Below, piece by piece: positions 9,600-19,382 of a stretch of DNA of 64,000 nucleotides. The number at the start of each line of letters is the position of its first letter. The first letter of the stretch is position 1. Source of the DNA: Paracoccaceae bacterium (GTDB lineage: Bacteria > Pseudomonadota > Alphaproteobacteria > Rhodobacterales > Rhodobacteraceae); NCBI GenBank assembly GCA_023259435.1, contig JALRHZ010000003.1, positions 3,058 to 67,057 on the forward strand. The letters run 5' to 3'. The notes under the pieces were generated by a model. The model was not told the origin of the DNA. It made no database searches and saw only the letters and a program-made list of their open reading frames with translations. Made by a program: the position numbers and the translations under genes.

Positions 9600-10064
9600 A
9601 TGAGTGGCAAAATAGAAGCGAAACTGGCAGAACTGGGCATCACACTTCCGGCGGCACCCGCGCCGGCGGCGAAATATGTCCCCTTCGTCATTGTGGGTGA
9701 TATGGTTTATGTCTCGGGTCAAATCTCGCAAGATGCTGAGGGTTTGATCAAAGGTAAACTTGGCGATACGATGACCACCGAGCAAGGCGCAGAAGCGGCA
9801 AAAACATGTGCATTGGGCTTGATCGCCCAAGCCAAAGCTGCATGCGGCGGCGATCTTGACCGTGTTGTGCGTGTGGTAAAGCTCACAGGGTTTGTGAATT
9901 CGACACCAGATTACACAGAACAGCCACAAGTCGTGAACGGGGCATCAAATCTCATGGGTGATGTGTTTGGCGACGCGGGTGCCCATGCGCGTTCGGCCGT
10001 CTCTGCTGCGGCACTTCCACTTGGCGTTGCCGTGGAAATCGAAGGCATGTTCCAAATCAAATGA
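9600..10064 (+). CDS. RidA/YjgF family protein
   Basis: AGGAG SD sits 7 nt upstream of the ATG at 9600. YjgF-like sequence (VYVSGQ....G.....G, ending EIEGMFQIK). Confidence 0.85.
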   Translation: MSGKIEAKLAELGITLPAAPAPAAKYVPFVIVGDMVYVSGQISQDAEGLIKGKLGDTMTTEQGAEAAKTCALGLIAQAKAACGGDLDRVVRVVKLTGFVNSTPDYTEQPQVVNGASNLMGDVFGDAGAHARSAVSAAALPLGVAVEIEGMFQIK

Positions 10065-10816
10065 GATTACATACCTCATTTTTAGATCGTCCAATTGCGC
10101 ATCGTGCCTTGCATGATCGTGCATCTGGGCGCGTTGAAAATGCCCCTTCATCCGTATCCGCCGCGATTGATGCAGGCTATGGAATTGAAATTGATCTGCA
10201 GCTGTCGAAAGACGGGCAGGCAATGGTATTTCATGATGATTATCTGTACCGGCTAACAGGCCAGTCCGGCATGGTCCGCGATTATACGGCGCACGAGCTT
10301 GGTCAAATGAAGCTTATCGGATCAGATGAGACAATCCCAACGCTAGAGACAATTTTAGAGCTTGTGTCGGGTCAGGCCCCTTTGTTGATCGAGCTCAAGG
10401 ATCAAACTCTCGCCCTTGTCGGTACTGATAGTGAATTGGAAAAGGCCACCTGCGCGAATTTGCAGGGCTACCAAGGCGAGGTGGCGCTAATGTCGTTTAA
10501 CCCACATTGCGTTGCACATTGTCAGAATTTTGCTCCGGACCGGCCGCGTGGCCTTACCACCTGTTCTTTCGCGCCAAGCGATTGGCCAGAGGTTGATCCA
10601 ACGCTGCTTGCCACGCTCATGGATATGCCCCACTTTGACCAAGTTGGCGCCTGTTTCATCTCGCACGACGTGAATGATTTGTCTTCGAACATCGTCCAAG
10701 CCAAAAAGTCAGCAGGCCACCCGATTTTGTGTTGGACCGTAAAGTCACAAGATCAGGCAGACACAGCACGACTTATCGCAGACAATATTACGTTTGAAGG
10801 ATTTTTACCGGTTTGA
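10061..10816 (+). CDS. glycerophosphodiester phosphodiesterase family protein
   Basis: GDPD N-terminal motif IAHRALHD....ENA.S....A...GYGIEIDLQ.S.DG..VFHD. ATGA overlap with the preceding gene. Confidence 0.8.
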   Translation: MRLHTSFLDRPIAHRALHDRASGRVENAPSSVSAAIDAGYGIEIDLQLSKDGQAMVFHDDYLYRLTGQSGMVRDYTAHELGQMKLIGSDETIPTLETILELVSGQAPLLIELKDQTLALVGTDSELEKATCANLQGYQGEVALMSFNPHCVAHCQNFAPDRPRGLTTCSFAPSDWPEVDPTLLATLMDMPHFDQVGACFISHDVNDLSSNIVQAKKSAGHPILCWTVKSQDQADTARLIADNITFEGFLPV

Positions 10817-10878
10817 ACCTTGCGTCCGCTTGATCACGCCCACGGATGCCCCACATTCACCACAGTAGGAGGTGCACC

Positions 10879-12063
10879 GTGGCAGATTTGGACATTCGCG
10901 TAGATATTGTACGTTCTCTTTCGTCCGTCCCCCCCGCAGTGTGGGACGCCTGTGCCAACCCACAGGACACAGGTCCGCGCCCAAAAGATCCATTCACAAC
11001 GCATCGGTTCTTACTTGCCCTCGAACAAAGCGGCTCGGTCGGCGATGGGACGGGGTGGGATCCATTTTACCTAATTGCCTATGCCGGAGAAACCGCAATT
11101 GGAGTGGCTCCACTGTATCTAAAACACCATTCCCAAGGCGAGTATATTTTCGATCACAACTTTGCACACGCGTATGAACGCGCAGGCGGTCAATATTACC
11201 CAAAATTACAGGTAGCAGTTCCATTTACCCCGGCCACGGGGCGACGTTTTCTAGTGCGCCCAGAGCACAAGGATATCGCCACCTCGGCCCTTGTCCAAGC
11301 AGCACAACGTCTTGCGCTGAACAATGGATTGTCATCCCTGCATATTACATTTTGCACCGATGACGAATACTCTCAAGCATCAGACCTTGGCCTGATGCAA
11401 CGCGTGAGCCAACAGTTCCACTGGCGCAATGATACCTATGCCTCATTTGACGCGTTCCTTGCCACGCTATCCTCGCGCAAGCGAAAGAACATTCGAAAAG
11501 AAAGAGAGGTTGCCAACCAGTTTGGTGGTGAGTTCGAAATTCTATCTGGCGACGACATACAGCCAATTCATTGGGACTATTTCTGGCAGTTCTATCAAGA
11601 CACCGGCGCGCGAAAGTGGGGAAGTCCCTATCTGACGCGATCTTTCTTTGACATCGCACATGAAACTTTGCGTGATGATATTTTGTTGGTTATGGCACGC
11701 AAAGATGACAAATATATCGCGGGCGCCCTGAATTTTATTGGTTCAGATACCTTGTTTGGTCGATATTGGGGATGCCTAGAACATTACCCCTGTCTACATT
11801 TCGAAGCCTGCTACTATCGCGCCATGGATTTCGCAATTTCCAACGGTCTTGATCGTATCGAAGCAGGGGCCCAAGGTGAACACAAATTATCCCGTGGCTA
11901 TATGCCGAGCGAAACGTATTCATTGCATTGGTTTGCAGATGAGGGTTTTGCGCAGGCCGTGGAGTCCTATTTAAAGGCGGAGCGGGATGCCGTCAAAGAT
12001 GACATCGAAATATTGACAGCGTATGGCCCGTTCAAAACCGCAACCATCGAGGAACAAGATTGA
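10879..12063 (+). CDS. FemAB-like/GNAT-fold protein (DUF482, COG3146-like)
   Basis: About 395-aa ORF. Start taken at the GTG at 10879, preceded by an AGGAGG SD. Family assignment is from recollection of conserved alphaproteobacterial DUF482 proteins. Confidence 0.65.
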   Translation: MADLDIRVDIVRSLSSVPPAVWDACANPQDTGPRPKDPFTTHRFLLALEQSGSVGDGTGWDPFYLIAYAGETAIGVAPLYLKHHSQGEYIFDHNFAHAYERAGGQYYPKLQVAVPFTPATGRRFLVRPEHKDIATSALVQAAQRLALNNGLSSLHITFCTDDEYSQASDLGLMQRVSQQFHWRNDTYASFDAFLATLSSRKRKNIRKEREVANQFGGEFEILSGDDIQPIHWDYFWQFYQDTGARKWGSPYLTRSFFDIAHETLRDDILLVMARKDDKYIAGALNFIGSDTLFGRYWGCLEHYPCLHFEACYYRAMDFAISNGLDRIEAGAQGEHKLSRGYMPSETYSLHWFADEGFAQAVESYLKAERDAVKDDIEILTAYGPFKTATIEEQD

Positions 12064-12356
12064 TGAAATTTTCACCTGAGACCGCGCAAGAAGAAACCCA
12101 AGTGTTACAGTCGAATGGATGGGAGTTGAATTCACAGGCAACTGAACTGTGCAAAACGTTTGAATTCAAAAATTTTGTTGCGGCATTTGGATGGATGGCA
12201 CAGGTTGCACTCCTAAGCGAAAAAGCGAACCATCACCCAGAATGGAGCAATGTTTATAAAACTGTTCACGTCAAACTAACGACACATGATGTTGGGGGAC
12301 TAAGTCAGCTGGATGTTGATCTGGCCAAGCAGATGGACCGCTTGGCCGAAACGTGA
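12063..12356 (+). CDS. phhB: 4a-hydroxytetrahydrobiopterin dehydratase
   Basis: About 97 aa with the PCD signature F.F.NF..AF.....VA..AE...HHPEW.N.Y..V...L.THD. TGATG overlap with the upstream gene. Confidence 0.85.
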   Translation: MKFSPETAQEETQVLQSNGWELNSQATELCKTFEFKNFVAAFGWMAQVALLSEKANHHPEWSNVYKTVHVKLTTHDVGGLSQLDVDLAKQMDRLAET

Positions 12357-12359
12357 CAT

Positions 12360-12851
12360 TTATCCAATAGTGGCAAGCAGGGTTTCACCCGCCGATATTT
12401 CACAAACCCCAGGTGACTCTTCTGGCATGAATTCAGTGACAACGCCGTTCTCGACCATCATTGAATATCGCTTTGAGCGTCCGACCAAACCTGCAGGATG
12501 GGCTGTAAAGTCCATTCCAATCGCTTTTGTAAACTCGCCGTTCGAATCCGCCAGCATGGTAATGCCCGCGTCTGTTGCGCCTGTTGCCTCGCCCCATGCC
12601 TTCATGACGAATGGGTCGTTTACAGAAAGGCAGATGATTTCATCAACACCTTTTTCTGCGAACTGATCTTTGGTGCGAATAAAGCTTGGGACATGTGCAG
12701 ACGAGCATGTGGGCGTATACGCACCAGGCACGGCGAACAAGACCACTTTTCGCCCCTTTAACTTGGTGTCTAACTCAACCGCCTCTGGTCCGTTTTCCCC
12801 CAAAACGACAAGAGTTGCCGCTGGTAATGTATCGCCTTTTGAAATTGTCAT
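12360..12851 (-). CDS. peroxiredoxin (Prx5-like)
   Basis: Peroxidatic-Cys motif FAVPGAYTPTCS. 163 aa, typical Prx5 subfamily length. Confidence 0.9.
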   Translation of the reverse strand: MTISKGDTLPAATLVVLGENGPEAVELDTKLKGRKVVLFAVPGAYTPTCSSAHVPSFIRTKDQFAEKGVDEIICLSVNDPFVMKAWGEATGATDAGITMLADSNGEFTKAIGMDFTAHPAGLVGRSKRYSMMVENGVVTEFMPEESPGVCEISAGETLLATIG

Positions 12852-12936
12852 TTAGTTTTCCTATCAGTTGCTCTTTTTGTGACTTAAGTTATAGGTCTAG
12901 AGTGCATTGAAGAATAGTCAACGGGTGAACAAGCTT

Positions 12937-14145
12937 ATGTCAAAAGTCGTGGTTGTCGGCGCAGGCCAAGCAGGTGCTGCAGCAGTTGCAAAATTGCGAA
13001 ATTCTGGATTTGACGGACAGATTACCATGATCGGCGCCGAAGAAGCATTGCCCTATCAGCGCCCTCCTTTGTCCAAAAAGTATATGTTGGGCGAAATCGA
13101 GCTTGAGCGACTATTTCTTCGACCACAAAGTTTCTACGATGATCATAACATCACACTTCAGCTTGGATCACATGTGACCAAGATTGACCGCGACGCACGC
13201 ACAGTCATAACCGATGCTGGATCACTTTCGTATGACAACTTGATCCTCGCCACCGGGTCATGGCCACGACGTCTTCCGCCTGCAATCGGAGGTGATTTGC
13301 GTGGTGTCTATGTCATGCGAGACCTTTCTGATGCCGACGCTATGGCAGCAGAGTTTCAAAAAGATCGACATGTCTTGATCATTGGCGGAGGATATATCGG
13401 GCTTGAGGCTGCGGCAGTTGCAGCGCAAAAAGGGTTGCGCGTTACTTTGGTTGAAATGGCAGACCGTATTTTACAGCGCGTTGCTGCACCTCAAACGTCC
13501 GACTATTTCAGAGAGCTGCACCAAAAACACGACGTTGCGATCAAAGAGGGTGTTGGCCTAGACCGTTTGACTGGTACCGACGGCCAAGTTAGCGGCGCCC
13601 GACTTACGGATGGGACCGAGCTTGACATCGACTTTGCAATTGTCGGTGTGGGCATTGCGCCTGCAACTGAACTGGCCGAAGCCGCAGGTCTTGAGATTGA
13701 TAACGGCATCAAGACGAACACATTTGGTCAAACGTCTGATCCATACATATGGGCAGCCGGTGATTGTGCGTCATTTCCACATGACGGTGCGATGATGCGA
13801 CTGGAAAGCGTCCCAAATGCAATTGATCAAGCCGAAGTTGTTGCACAAAATATTCTAGGCGCACAAATGGCCTATACCCCAAAGCCATGGTTTTGGTCTG
13901 ACCAATACGACATAAAGCTGCAAATCGCAGGGTTGAATGCGGGGTACGACACTGTGGTCACTCGTAAAGATGGCGAGGCGACTTCGTTTTGGTATTTTAA
14001 CGGCGATGCCCTATTAGCGGTCGATGCTATGAACGATCCAAAGTCATTCATGATCGGAAAGCGCCTTATAGAGGCAGGCAAAACAGCCGATAAGTCCAAT
14101 GTGGCGGACCCAAATTTTATCCTTAAGGATTTATTGAAAGCGTGA
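12937..14145 (+). CDS. FAD-dependent pyridine nucleotide-disulfide oxidoreductase (ferredoxin reductase-like)
   Basis: FAD fold VVVVGAGQAG and NAD fold LIIGGGYIGLE, plus a C-terminal reductase domain. Start taken at the ATG at 12937. Confidence 0.85.
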   Translation: MSKVVVVGAGQAGAAAVAKLRNSGFDGQITMIGAEEALPYQRPPLSKKYMLGEIELERLFLRPQSFYDDHNITLQLGSHVTKIDRDARTVITDAGSLSYDNLILATGSWPRRLPPAIGGDLRGVYVMRDLSDADAMAAEFQKDRHVLIIGGGYIGLEAAAVAAQKGLRVTLVEMADRILQRVAAPQTSDYFRELHQKHDVAIKEGVGLDRLTGTDGQVSGARLTDGTELDIDFAIVGVGIAPATELAEAAGLEIDNGIKTNTFGQTSDPYIWAAGDCASFPHDGAMMRLESVPNAIDQAEVVAQNILGAQMAYTPKPWFWSDQYDIKLQIAGLNAGYDTVVTRKDGEATSFWYFNGDALLAVDAMNDPKSFMIGKRLIEAGKTADKSNVADPNFILKDLLKA

Positions 14146-14720
14146 GGATCGTTGGGGGAGAATTTCGCGGACGCGCACTTGCCGCTGTTGGAAAGGGGGA
14201 CGTAGGTGCACATCTGCGCCCCACGCCCGACCGGATACGCGAAAGTCTTTTCAACATCCTTACTCTTGGAAAATATGGTGACCTTGTCACAGGCCAACGC
14301 GTTTTGGATTGCTTTGCCGGAACGGGCGCACTTGGCCTAGAGGCGCTGTCGCGCGGGGCCGAGTCGGTTTCTTTTATTGAAAACGGACGTAAGTCTTTAT
14401 CCTTGCTTACCAAGAACATACAAATCTGCGATGCGACAGACAGAGCGCGGGTTTTCAAATTCAGTGCGCTCAACCCACCGCAGAATTCGTCGCCCCCTTT
14501 TGATCTGGTTTTCATGGACCCCCCCTATGGCAAGAAAATGGGTCAAGTGGCCCTAGAGATGCTTTTGAAAAATGGATGGCTAGCTGAAACAGCTACACTT
14601 ATTTTAGAGGATCACGCCGAACAAGACTTGCCCCCGCGGTTTGTTAAACAAGATGTGCGCAAATTCGGGGGAACAGTCATTCACATTGTGCAACTTAAAA
14701 CTCGCGAAGAGGCGGAGTAA
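14142..14720 (+). CDS. rsmD: 16S rRNA (guanine966-N2)-methyltransferase
   Basis: RIVGGEFRGR..., RPT.DR.RE.LFN, and the catalytic DPPY motif (VFMDPPYG). Confidence 0.85.
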   Translation: MRIVGGEFRGRALAAVGKGDVGAHLRPTPDRIRESLFNILTLGKYGDLVTGQRVLDCFAGTGALGLEALSRGAESVSFIENGRKSLSLLTKNIQICDATDRARVFKFSALNPPQNSSPPFDLVFMDPPYGKKMGQVALEMLLKNGWLAETATLILEDHAEQDLPPRFVKQDVRKFGGTVIHIVQLKTREEAE

Positions 14721-15558
14721 TTAGATCACGCACGACATAAGGTAACTCATCCTCGACCAAGCGGCTTCGGCATAACCGCGCAGCAGCCAAAATGCTTGAT
14801 GTGTCTTGCGGTAAAATCTCTAGCACACTACGGACCATGCGTTTACGTCCAAGGCTTTCTTCTTGTCCAATGGCATGAAAGCCCGCCCGATATCTGCTTC
14901 CGACTAGGTTATGCGAGACAAAGGTTACTGCAAACAGATGTGAGGGTGGCGCGTTTAGCATCGGAAAATTATATCCGGCGGAAGATTTAATCATGACACC
15001 CCGATAATCGCGTGTGGTTACATTCCCTCTAAGTCTTTCAGTTGCGGAAAATAGACTTATCAATTCTTTACCGCGAAAGACCCGAACACCATCAACTGTT
15101 TTTATAGACACCAAGGTTCTTAGATATTTTTCGGGATCTAGAAACGACCGGCGCCAAAAGCTATGCACACCATCTGGTATGGTGTCACGGTTAGGTACGA
15201 CATCGCCGCCCATGTCCAAATAATCAACAAATCCCAAGCGCGACCGCGTTTGGAAATTCATGCTACGTAAATCTCCACCAGATTTTAATGCTTCAATATC
15301 ATCCGACGTAAGTGGGAGGGTGTAAATTCTTGCGTCCACCCGAAAATAATCGCACATTTTTTGTAATATGTTTGGCTTTGGAAAAGAATGGCCACTCATA
15401 TACCGATTAAACTGAACACAGTTGATATCCAGATCGCGGCAGACAGCCGCAATCGAAGGACGGGTTGTACATAGCAACCTCAAATTCTCACCGAAAATCA
15501 GTAAAACACTCAACGTGGCCCCCAAAACCATGTGCGACATAAAATTGCAGAGAGCCAC
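14695..15558 (-). CDS. XRE-type helix-turn-helix protein with uncharacterised C-terminal domain
   Basis: N-terminal HTH FGENLRLLCTTRPSIAAVCRDLDINCVQFNRYMSGHSFP. The remaining ~200 aa carry no motif I recognise. AT-richer than its neighbours. The ORF start at 15558 is GTG; ATGs at 15540 and 15531 are alternatives. Confidence 0.6.
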   Translation of the reverse strand: MALCNFMSHMVLGATLSVLLIFGENLRLLCTTRPSIAAVCRDLDINCVQFNRYMSGHSFPKPNILQKMCDYFRVDARIYTLPLTSDDIEALKSGGDLRSMNFQTRSRLGFVDYLDMGGDVVPNRDTIPDGVHSFWRRSFLDPEKYLRTLVSIKTVDGVRVFRGKELISLFSATERLRGNVTTRDYRGVMIKSSAGYNFPMLNAPPSHLFAVTFVSHNLVGSRYRAGFHAIGQEESLGRKRMVRSVLEILPQDTSSILAAARLCRSRLVEDELPYVVRDLITPPLREF

Positions 15559-15572
15559 GTCTCTCTAGACGT
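15557..15572. promoter_or_regulatory. palindromic candidate operator ACGTCT-CTCT-AGACGT upstream of the HTH gene
   Basis: Perfect 6-bp inverted repeat with a 4-nt spacer, 17-26 nt upstream of the first in-frame ATGs of the XRE-like gene. Confidence 0.3.
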
Positions 15573-15683
15573 TATCACAGTTTCTAACCCCTTTGGATAT
15601 AACGAAATTGTTACAAATCACATTTACATTCCTCGGAATTATAAATTCTGAAATACTAGCCTAATGAATTTAATCGCAAAAAT

Positions 15684-15714
15684 ACAAAAAACACGCAATT
15701 TCAGCGTGTTTTTT
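15684..15714 (-). terminator. rho-independent terminator downstream of map (bidirectional shape)
   Basis: Stem ACACGC/GCGTGT with a 7-nt loop. It is flanked by an A-run on one side and a T-run on the other, so the minus strand reads stem then TTTTTG. Confidence 0.6.
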
Positions 15715-15750
15715 CATTTTGACACTACGATGTAAGATCTCTCTTCCAAC

Positions 15751-16560
15751 TTAATACGTTGGATGAAACCTGTTCTCGGGTGATAATGTAAATATCTCGA
15801 ACCCATTTGACGTAACACCAATCGAATGTTCAAACTGCGCCGAGAGCGATCTATCCCGCGTTACCGCCGTCCAATCGTCCGAAAGTACTTTTGTTTCTGG
15901 GCGCCCCAAATTTACCATAGGTTCGATGGTAAAAAACATCCCCTCTTCTAACACTGCCCCGTCACCAGCACGCCCATAATGCAAAACATTTGGCGGCGCA
16001 TGAAAAACTGTGCCCAATCCATGCCCGCAAAAATCACGCACAACTGACATGCGTTGCGCTTCGACATAGGTTTGAATGGCGTGCCCGATATCCCCAAAGG
16101 TATTCCCCGGCTTAACCATTTCGATCCCTTTGAACAGGGCATCATGTGTTACCTGAATAAGGCGTTCTGCTTTGCGGTTGAGTTTACCTGCGACGAACAT
16201 GCGAGACGTATCACCGAACCACCCATCGACAACGACAGTGACATCTATATTCAATATGTCCCCATCCTTTAGTCTTTTCTCAGAAGGAATACCGTGACAG
16301 ACCACATGATTAATCGAAATACAGCTTGCGTGTTGGTACCCACGATACCCAATCGTCGCAGAGGTCGCGCCCTTGGCTGTGACTTTGTCCTCAATCAAAC
16401 GGTCTAATTCAGCCGTGCTCACTCCGGGTTGGACGTGTTCACACATCTCGTCCAAAATTTCAGCCGCCACTTTGCCAGCCGCATGCATGCCCGCAAAGTC
16501 AGATGCACTATGGATGCGGATACCATCTTTGGTGGTAGGAAATTTTTTTGACCCGAACAC
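15751..16560 (-). CDS. map: type I methionine aminopeptidase
   Basis: Full-length MetAP-I sequence with conserved metal-ligand context (DIVNIDVT-like ILNIDVTVV..GW.GD, HGIGT-like CGHGLG, EPM, EHS). Confidence 0.95.
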   Translation of the reverse strand: MFGSKKFPTTKDGIRIHSASDFAGMHAAGKVAAEILDEMCEHVQPGVSTAELDRLIEDKVTAKGATSATIGYRGYQHASCISINHVVCHGIPSEKRLKDGDILNIDVTVVVDGWFGDTSRMFVAGKLNRKAERLIQVTHDALFKGIEMVKPGNTFGDIGHAIQTYVEAQRMSVVRDFCGHGLGTVFHAPPNVLHYGRAGDGAVLEEGMFFTIEPMVNLGRPETKVLSDDWTAVTRDRSLSAQFEHSIGVTSNGFEIFTLSPENRFHPTY

Positions 16561-16616
16561 GAATTATACTCCTGCAAAGTAAGTGTACGCTGTTTAAACG
16601 AAGCAGCCGGAAATGA

Positions 16617-17327
16617 CTAGATGTCTGGCAAATCAAATTGAACCCTATGATCTAGCCTTACACACTGAGGAGAAAGTTTAGTCCTCCACGCGTAAAACTC
16701 AACACCGGCGTCACGCGCCATATGGCACGCTTTAAGGTAGTTTGGATCGATGTCACCGGCAATTGTACAGTGTTGCGCGCCTGTATGTTGAACCAGATAC
16801 AACATGGCTGCACGGTGACCATTTTGAACCATCTGCGCCAGATCATGCAAATGCCGCGCACCGCGTGCGGTCACGCTATCTGGAAATTCTGCTATGCCCG
16901 TTGATCGCATCAATGTAACGCTTTTGACCTCAAGATAGACATCGCTCAGCCCACTTTGGGACAACAGAAAATCTATGCGACTTTTATCCGCGTATTTCAC
17001 TTCGGAGCGGACTGTTTTATAGGCCTCGAAAGGGTTAATGGCACCTTCGCTTAGCCCCTCTTTGACAACCTTATTTGCATGACCCGTATCGACGCAAACA
17101 AGCCCCGAATGAGTTTGGATAAGTTTCCAAGAGAATTTCAGCTTCTTTTTAGGATCATCATTTGGCTCAAGCCAAACGGTGCTGTTTGGCTCTTGTAATC
17201 CCAACATCGACCCTGGGTTTGCACAATGTGCGGTGACCTCACGCCCATCCTCTAACGTGACATCAGCAAGAAATCGTTTATAGCGCTTTACAAGAGTGCC
17301 GCGAACAAGGGGTGTTTGAAACTTCAT
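16617..17327 (-). CDS. sfsA: DNA/RNA nuclease SfsA (sugar fermentation stimulation protein)
   Basis: MKF...L..G.L.KRYKRFLADV....G....AHC.N.G.M start and the characteristic length of 236 aa. Confidence 0.9.
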   Translation of the reverse strand: MKFQTPLVRGTLVKRYKRFLADVTLEDGREVTAHCANPGSMLGLQEPNSTVWLEPNDDPKKKLKFSWKLIQTHSGLVCVDTGHANKVVKEGLSEGAINPFEAYKTVRSEVKYADKSRIDFLLSQSGLSDVYLEVKSVTLMRSTGIAEFPDSVTARGARHLHDLAQMVQNGHRAAMLYLVQHTGAQHCTIAGDIDPNYLKACHMARDAGVEFYAWRTKLSPQCVRLDHRVQFDLPDI

Positions 17328-17372
17328 GGGACCATCCTATACCCAAGTCAAAGAGGATGAAAAGGAAACATC

Positions 17373-18107
17373 ATGTCCCAGCCTAGCGCCGCAATTCTGA
17401 TTATCGGTGATGAAATCTTATCTGGTCGCACACGCGATGCAAATATGCACTATCTTGCGGGTCAACTGACCGAAGCAGGCATCGCCCTAAAAGAGGCCCG
17501 CGTCGTCAGCGACGATGAAACCGCCATCGTTGACGCCGTCAAAACCTTATCTTCTCGCTATGATTATCTTTTTACCTCGGGTGGCATTGGTCCAACCCAT
17601 GATGATATTACCGCTGATTGTATCGCAAAGGCGTTTGATCGAACCATCGACGTGCGCGCGGACGCCCGAGACCTGCTAGCGGCGTATTATGAAAAAGAGG
17701 GGAAAGAATTTAATGAGGCCCGCCAACGTATGGCCCGCATCCCTGAGGGCGCAACTTTGATTGATAATCCTGTGTCGGTGGCACCTGGATTTACCTTAGA
17801 AAACACACATGTCATGGCAGGCGTCCCCTCTGTCTTCCGTGCAATGGTCGCGAGTGTCTTGCCGGGTTTGACTGGGGGCGCCCCTCTCCAAAGTGTGACG
17901 CAAAAACTTTTGAAAGGCGAAGGCGACGTTGCAGCGCCATTATCGCAGTTGGCACAAGATTATCCGACCTTATCAATTGGATCGTATCCGTTCCAACAAG
18001 ACGGAATTTACGGAACCAACATTGTACTTCGCGGCACGGATAGTAAGATGCTGACTGACGCAAAACGCAAATTGAAAGAGATCTTCGGTGACGCAGCACA
18101 CGAGTGA
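17373..18107 (+). CDS. molybdopterin-binding (MoCF/CinA N-terminal-like) domain protein
   Basis: AAILIIGDEILSGRT.D.N...L and the GGIGPTHDD motif of the MoaB/MogA/CinA-N family. Confidence 0.8.
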   Translation: MSQPSAAILIIGDEILSGRTRDANMHYLAGQLTEAGIALKEARVVSDDETAIVDAVKTLSSRYDYLFTSGGIGPTHDDITADCIAKAFDRTIDVRADARDLLAAYYEKEGKEFNEARQRMARIPEGATLIDNPVSVAPGFTLENTHVMAGVPSVFRAMVASVLPGLTGGAPLQSVTQKLLKGEGDVAAPLSQLAQDYPTLSIGSYPFQQDGIYGTNIVLRGTDSKMLTDAKRKLKEIFGDAAHE

Positions 18108-18798
18108 GGTATTATTCCAAGCGATTGAAGACACATGGCCTGCCCAAGAGTATTCTAAAACGGGCGGGTTTCACATTGGCCGCGACCCTGCTTCACAACG
18201 CACAAGCTCGGCAAGATTGATCTCATCCGACTATGATATTCCCTTAGCCGAAAACGCGTTTACATCTTGGGGCCAAACACCAATCTTTATGGTCACAAAA
18301 TCGGATGGATCGTTGGATCATGATCTACAGGAGCGAGGATATCAGATAAAAGATCCCGTCAACCTTATGTCCTGCCCCGTTTCCGACTTGGCCAATGATG
18401 CCCCGCCGCCTGTGTCAATGTTCACGCCTTGGCCCATGTTAGCCATACAGCGCGAAATTTGGACCGACGCGGGAATTGGTCCAGAGCGCCACAAGATAAT
18501 GCAGCGCCCCACTGGTCATAAAACAACCATTCTATCGCGGTGGGATGACAAACCCACCGGAACTGCCTTTGTTGCCACCTCGGGCAATCTGGCCATCTTG
18601 CATGCGCTAGAATTACGACCAGAACATCGCCGCAAAGGCATTGCATCATGGATGGTAAAAACTGCTGCGAGGTGGGCGAAACCGTTGGGGTGTGATCACC
18701 TTGTTGTTCTTGTGACTACGGCAAACATCGGCGCAATGTCCCTTTACACTTCACTCGGTTTTGAAACTGTGGAACATTATCACTATCGTAAAAAATGA
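18088..18798 (+). CDS. GNAT family N-acetyltransferase
   Basis: C-terminal acetyl-CoA motif RRKGIASWMV......A. The N-terminal ~130 aa are unassigned. The GTG start is uncertain and overlaps the upstream stop. Confidence 0.6.
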   Translation: MTQHTSEVLFQAIEDTWPAQEYSKTGGFHIGRDPASQRTSSARLISSDYDIPLAENAFTSWGQTPIFMVTKSDGSLDHDLQERGYQIKDPVNLMSCPVSDLANDAPPPVSMFTPWPMLAIQREIWTDAGIGPERHKIMQRPTGHKTTILSRWDDKPTGTAFVATSGNLAILHALELRPEHRRKGIASWMVKTAARWAKPLGCDHLVVLVTTANIGAMSLYTSLGFETVEHYHYRKK

Positions 18799-19382
18799 AA
18801 ATAGGCCCGATGTCACGCTATCCCCAAACCACTGCTCTCGACCTTCCCGTCATTGATCCACTTCCCGAGGCCACGCAAAAGTATTTTGACATTTGCCAAG
18901 ACAAGCTTGGGATGGTGCCCAATGTTTTGCTGGCACATGCGTTTAGCATTGAGAAACTGAACGCCTTCACCGGCCTTTATAACGAAATCATGCTCGCCCA
19001 CAGTGGCCTATCAAAGCTAGAGCGTGAAATGATTGCGGTTGTTGTCTCTTCAATCAACAAATGCTTCTACTGCCTCACAGCCCATGGTGCCGCCGTTCGG
19101 GAATTGTCGGGGGATCCTATTTTGGGCGAGATGCTTGTTATGAACTTTCGCGCGGCGAACCTGTCGGCCCGCCACAAAAAGATGCTAGAATTTGCAGAGA
19201 AAATCACAAAAGCCAGTGCGGAAATAGAAGAAACTGACAGGTCTGAATTGCGAACAGTGGGTTTTAGCGAACAAGATATCTGGGATATCGCCAACGTCGC
19301 TGCCTTTTTCAATATGAGCAATCGTTTGGCAAGCGCCGTCGATATGAAGCCTAATGACGAATATCACGCGCAACATCGCTAG
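18795..19382 (+). CDS. peroxidase-related enzyme, carboxymuconolactone decarboxylase/AhpD-like
   Basis: CMD-family core with NKCFYCLTAHG (CxxC-type motif followed by His). ATGA overlap with the GNAT gene. Confidence 0.8.
   Translation: MKIGPMSRYPQTTALDLPVIDPLPEATQKYFDICQDKLGMVPNVLLAHAFSIEKLNAFTGLYNEIMLAHSGLSKLEREMIAVVVSSINKCFYCLTAHGAAVRELSGDPILGEMLVMNFRAANLSARHKKMLEFAEKITKASAEIEETDRSELRTVGFSEQDIWDIANVAAFFNMSNRLASAVDMKPNDEYHAQHR

Noticed and set aside
12852-12936. OxyR operator (ATAG-N7-CTAT tetrad) in the divergent peroxiredoxin / oxidoreductase spacer
   Set aside because: CTAT and ATAG elements are present at 12861, 12891 and 12914. Their spacings (30 and 23 nt) do not fit the 11-nt periodic consensus.
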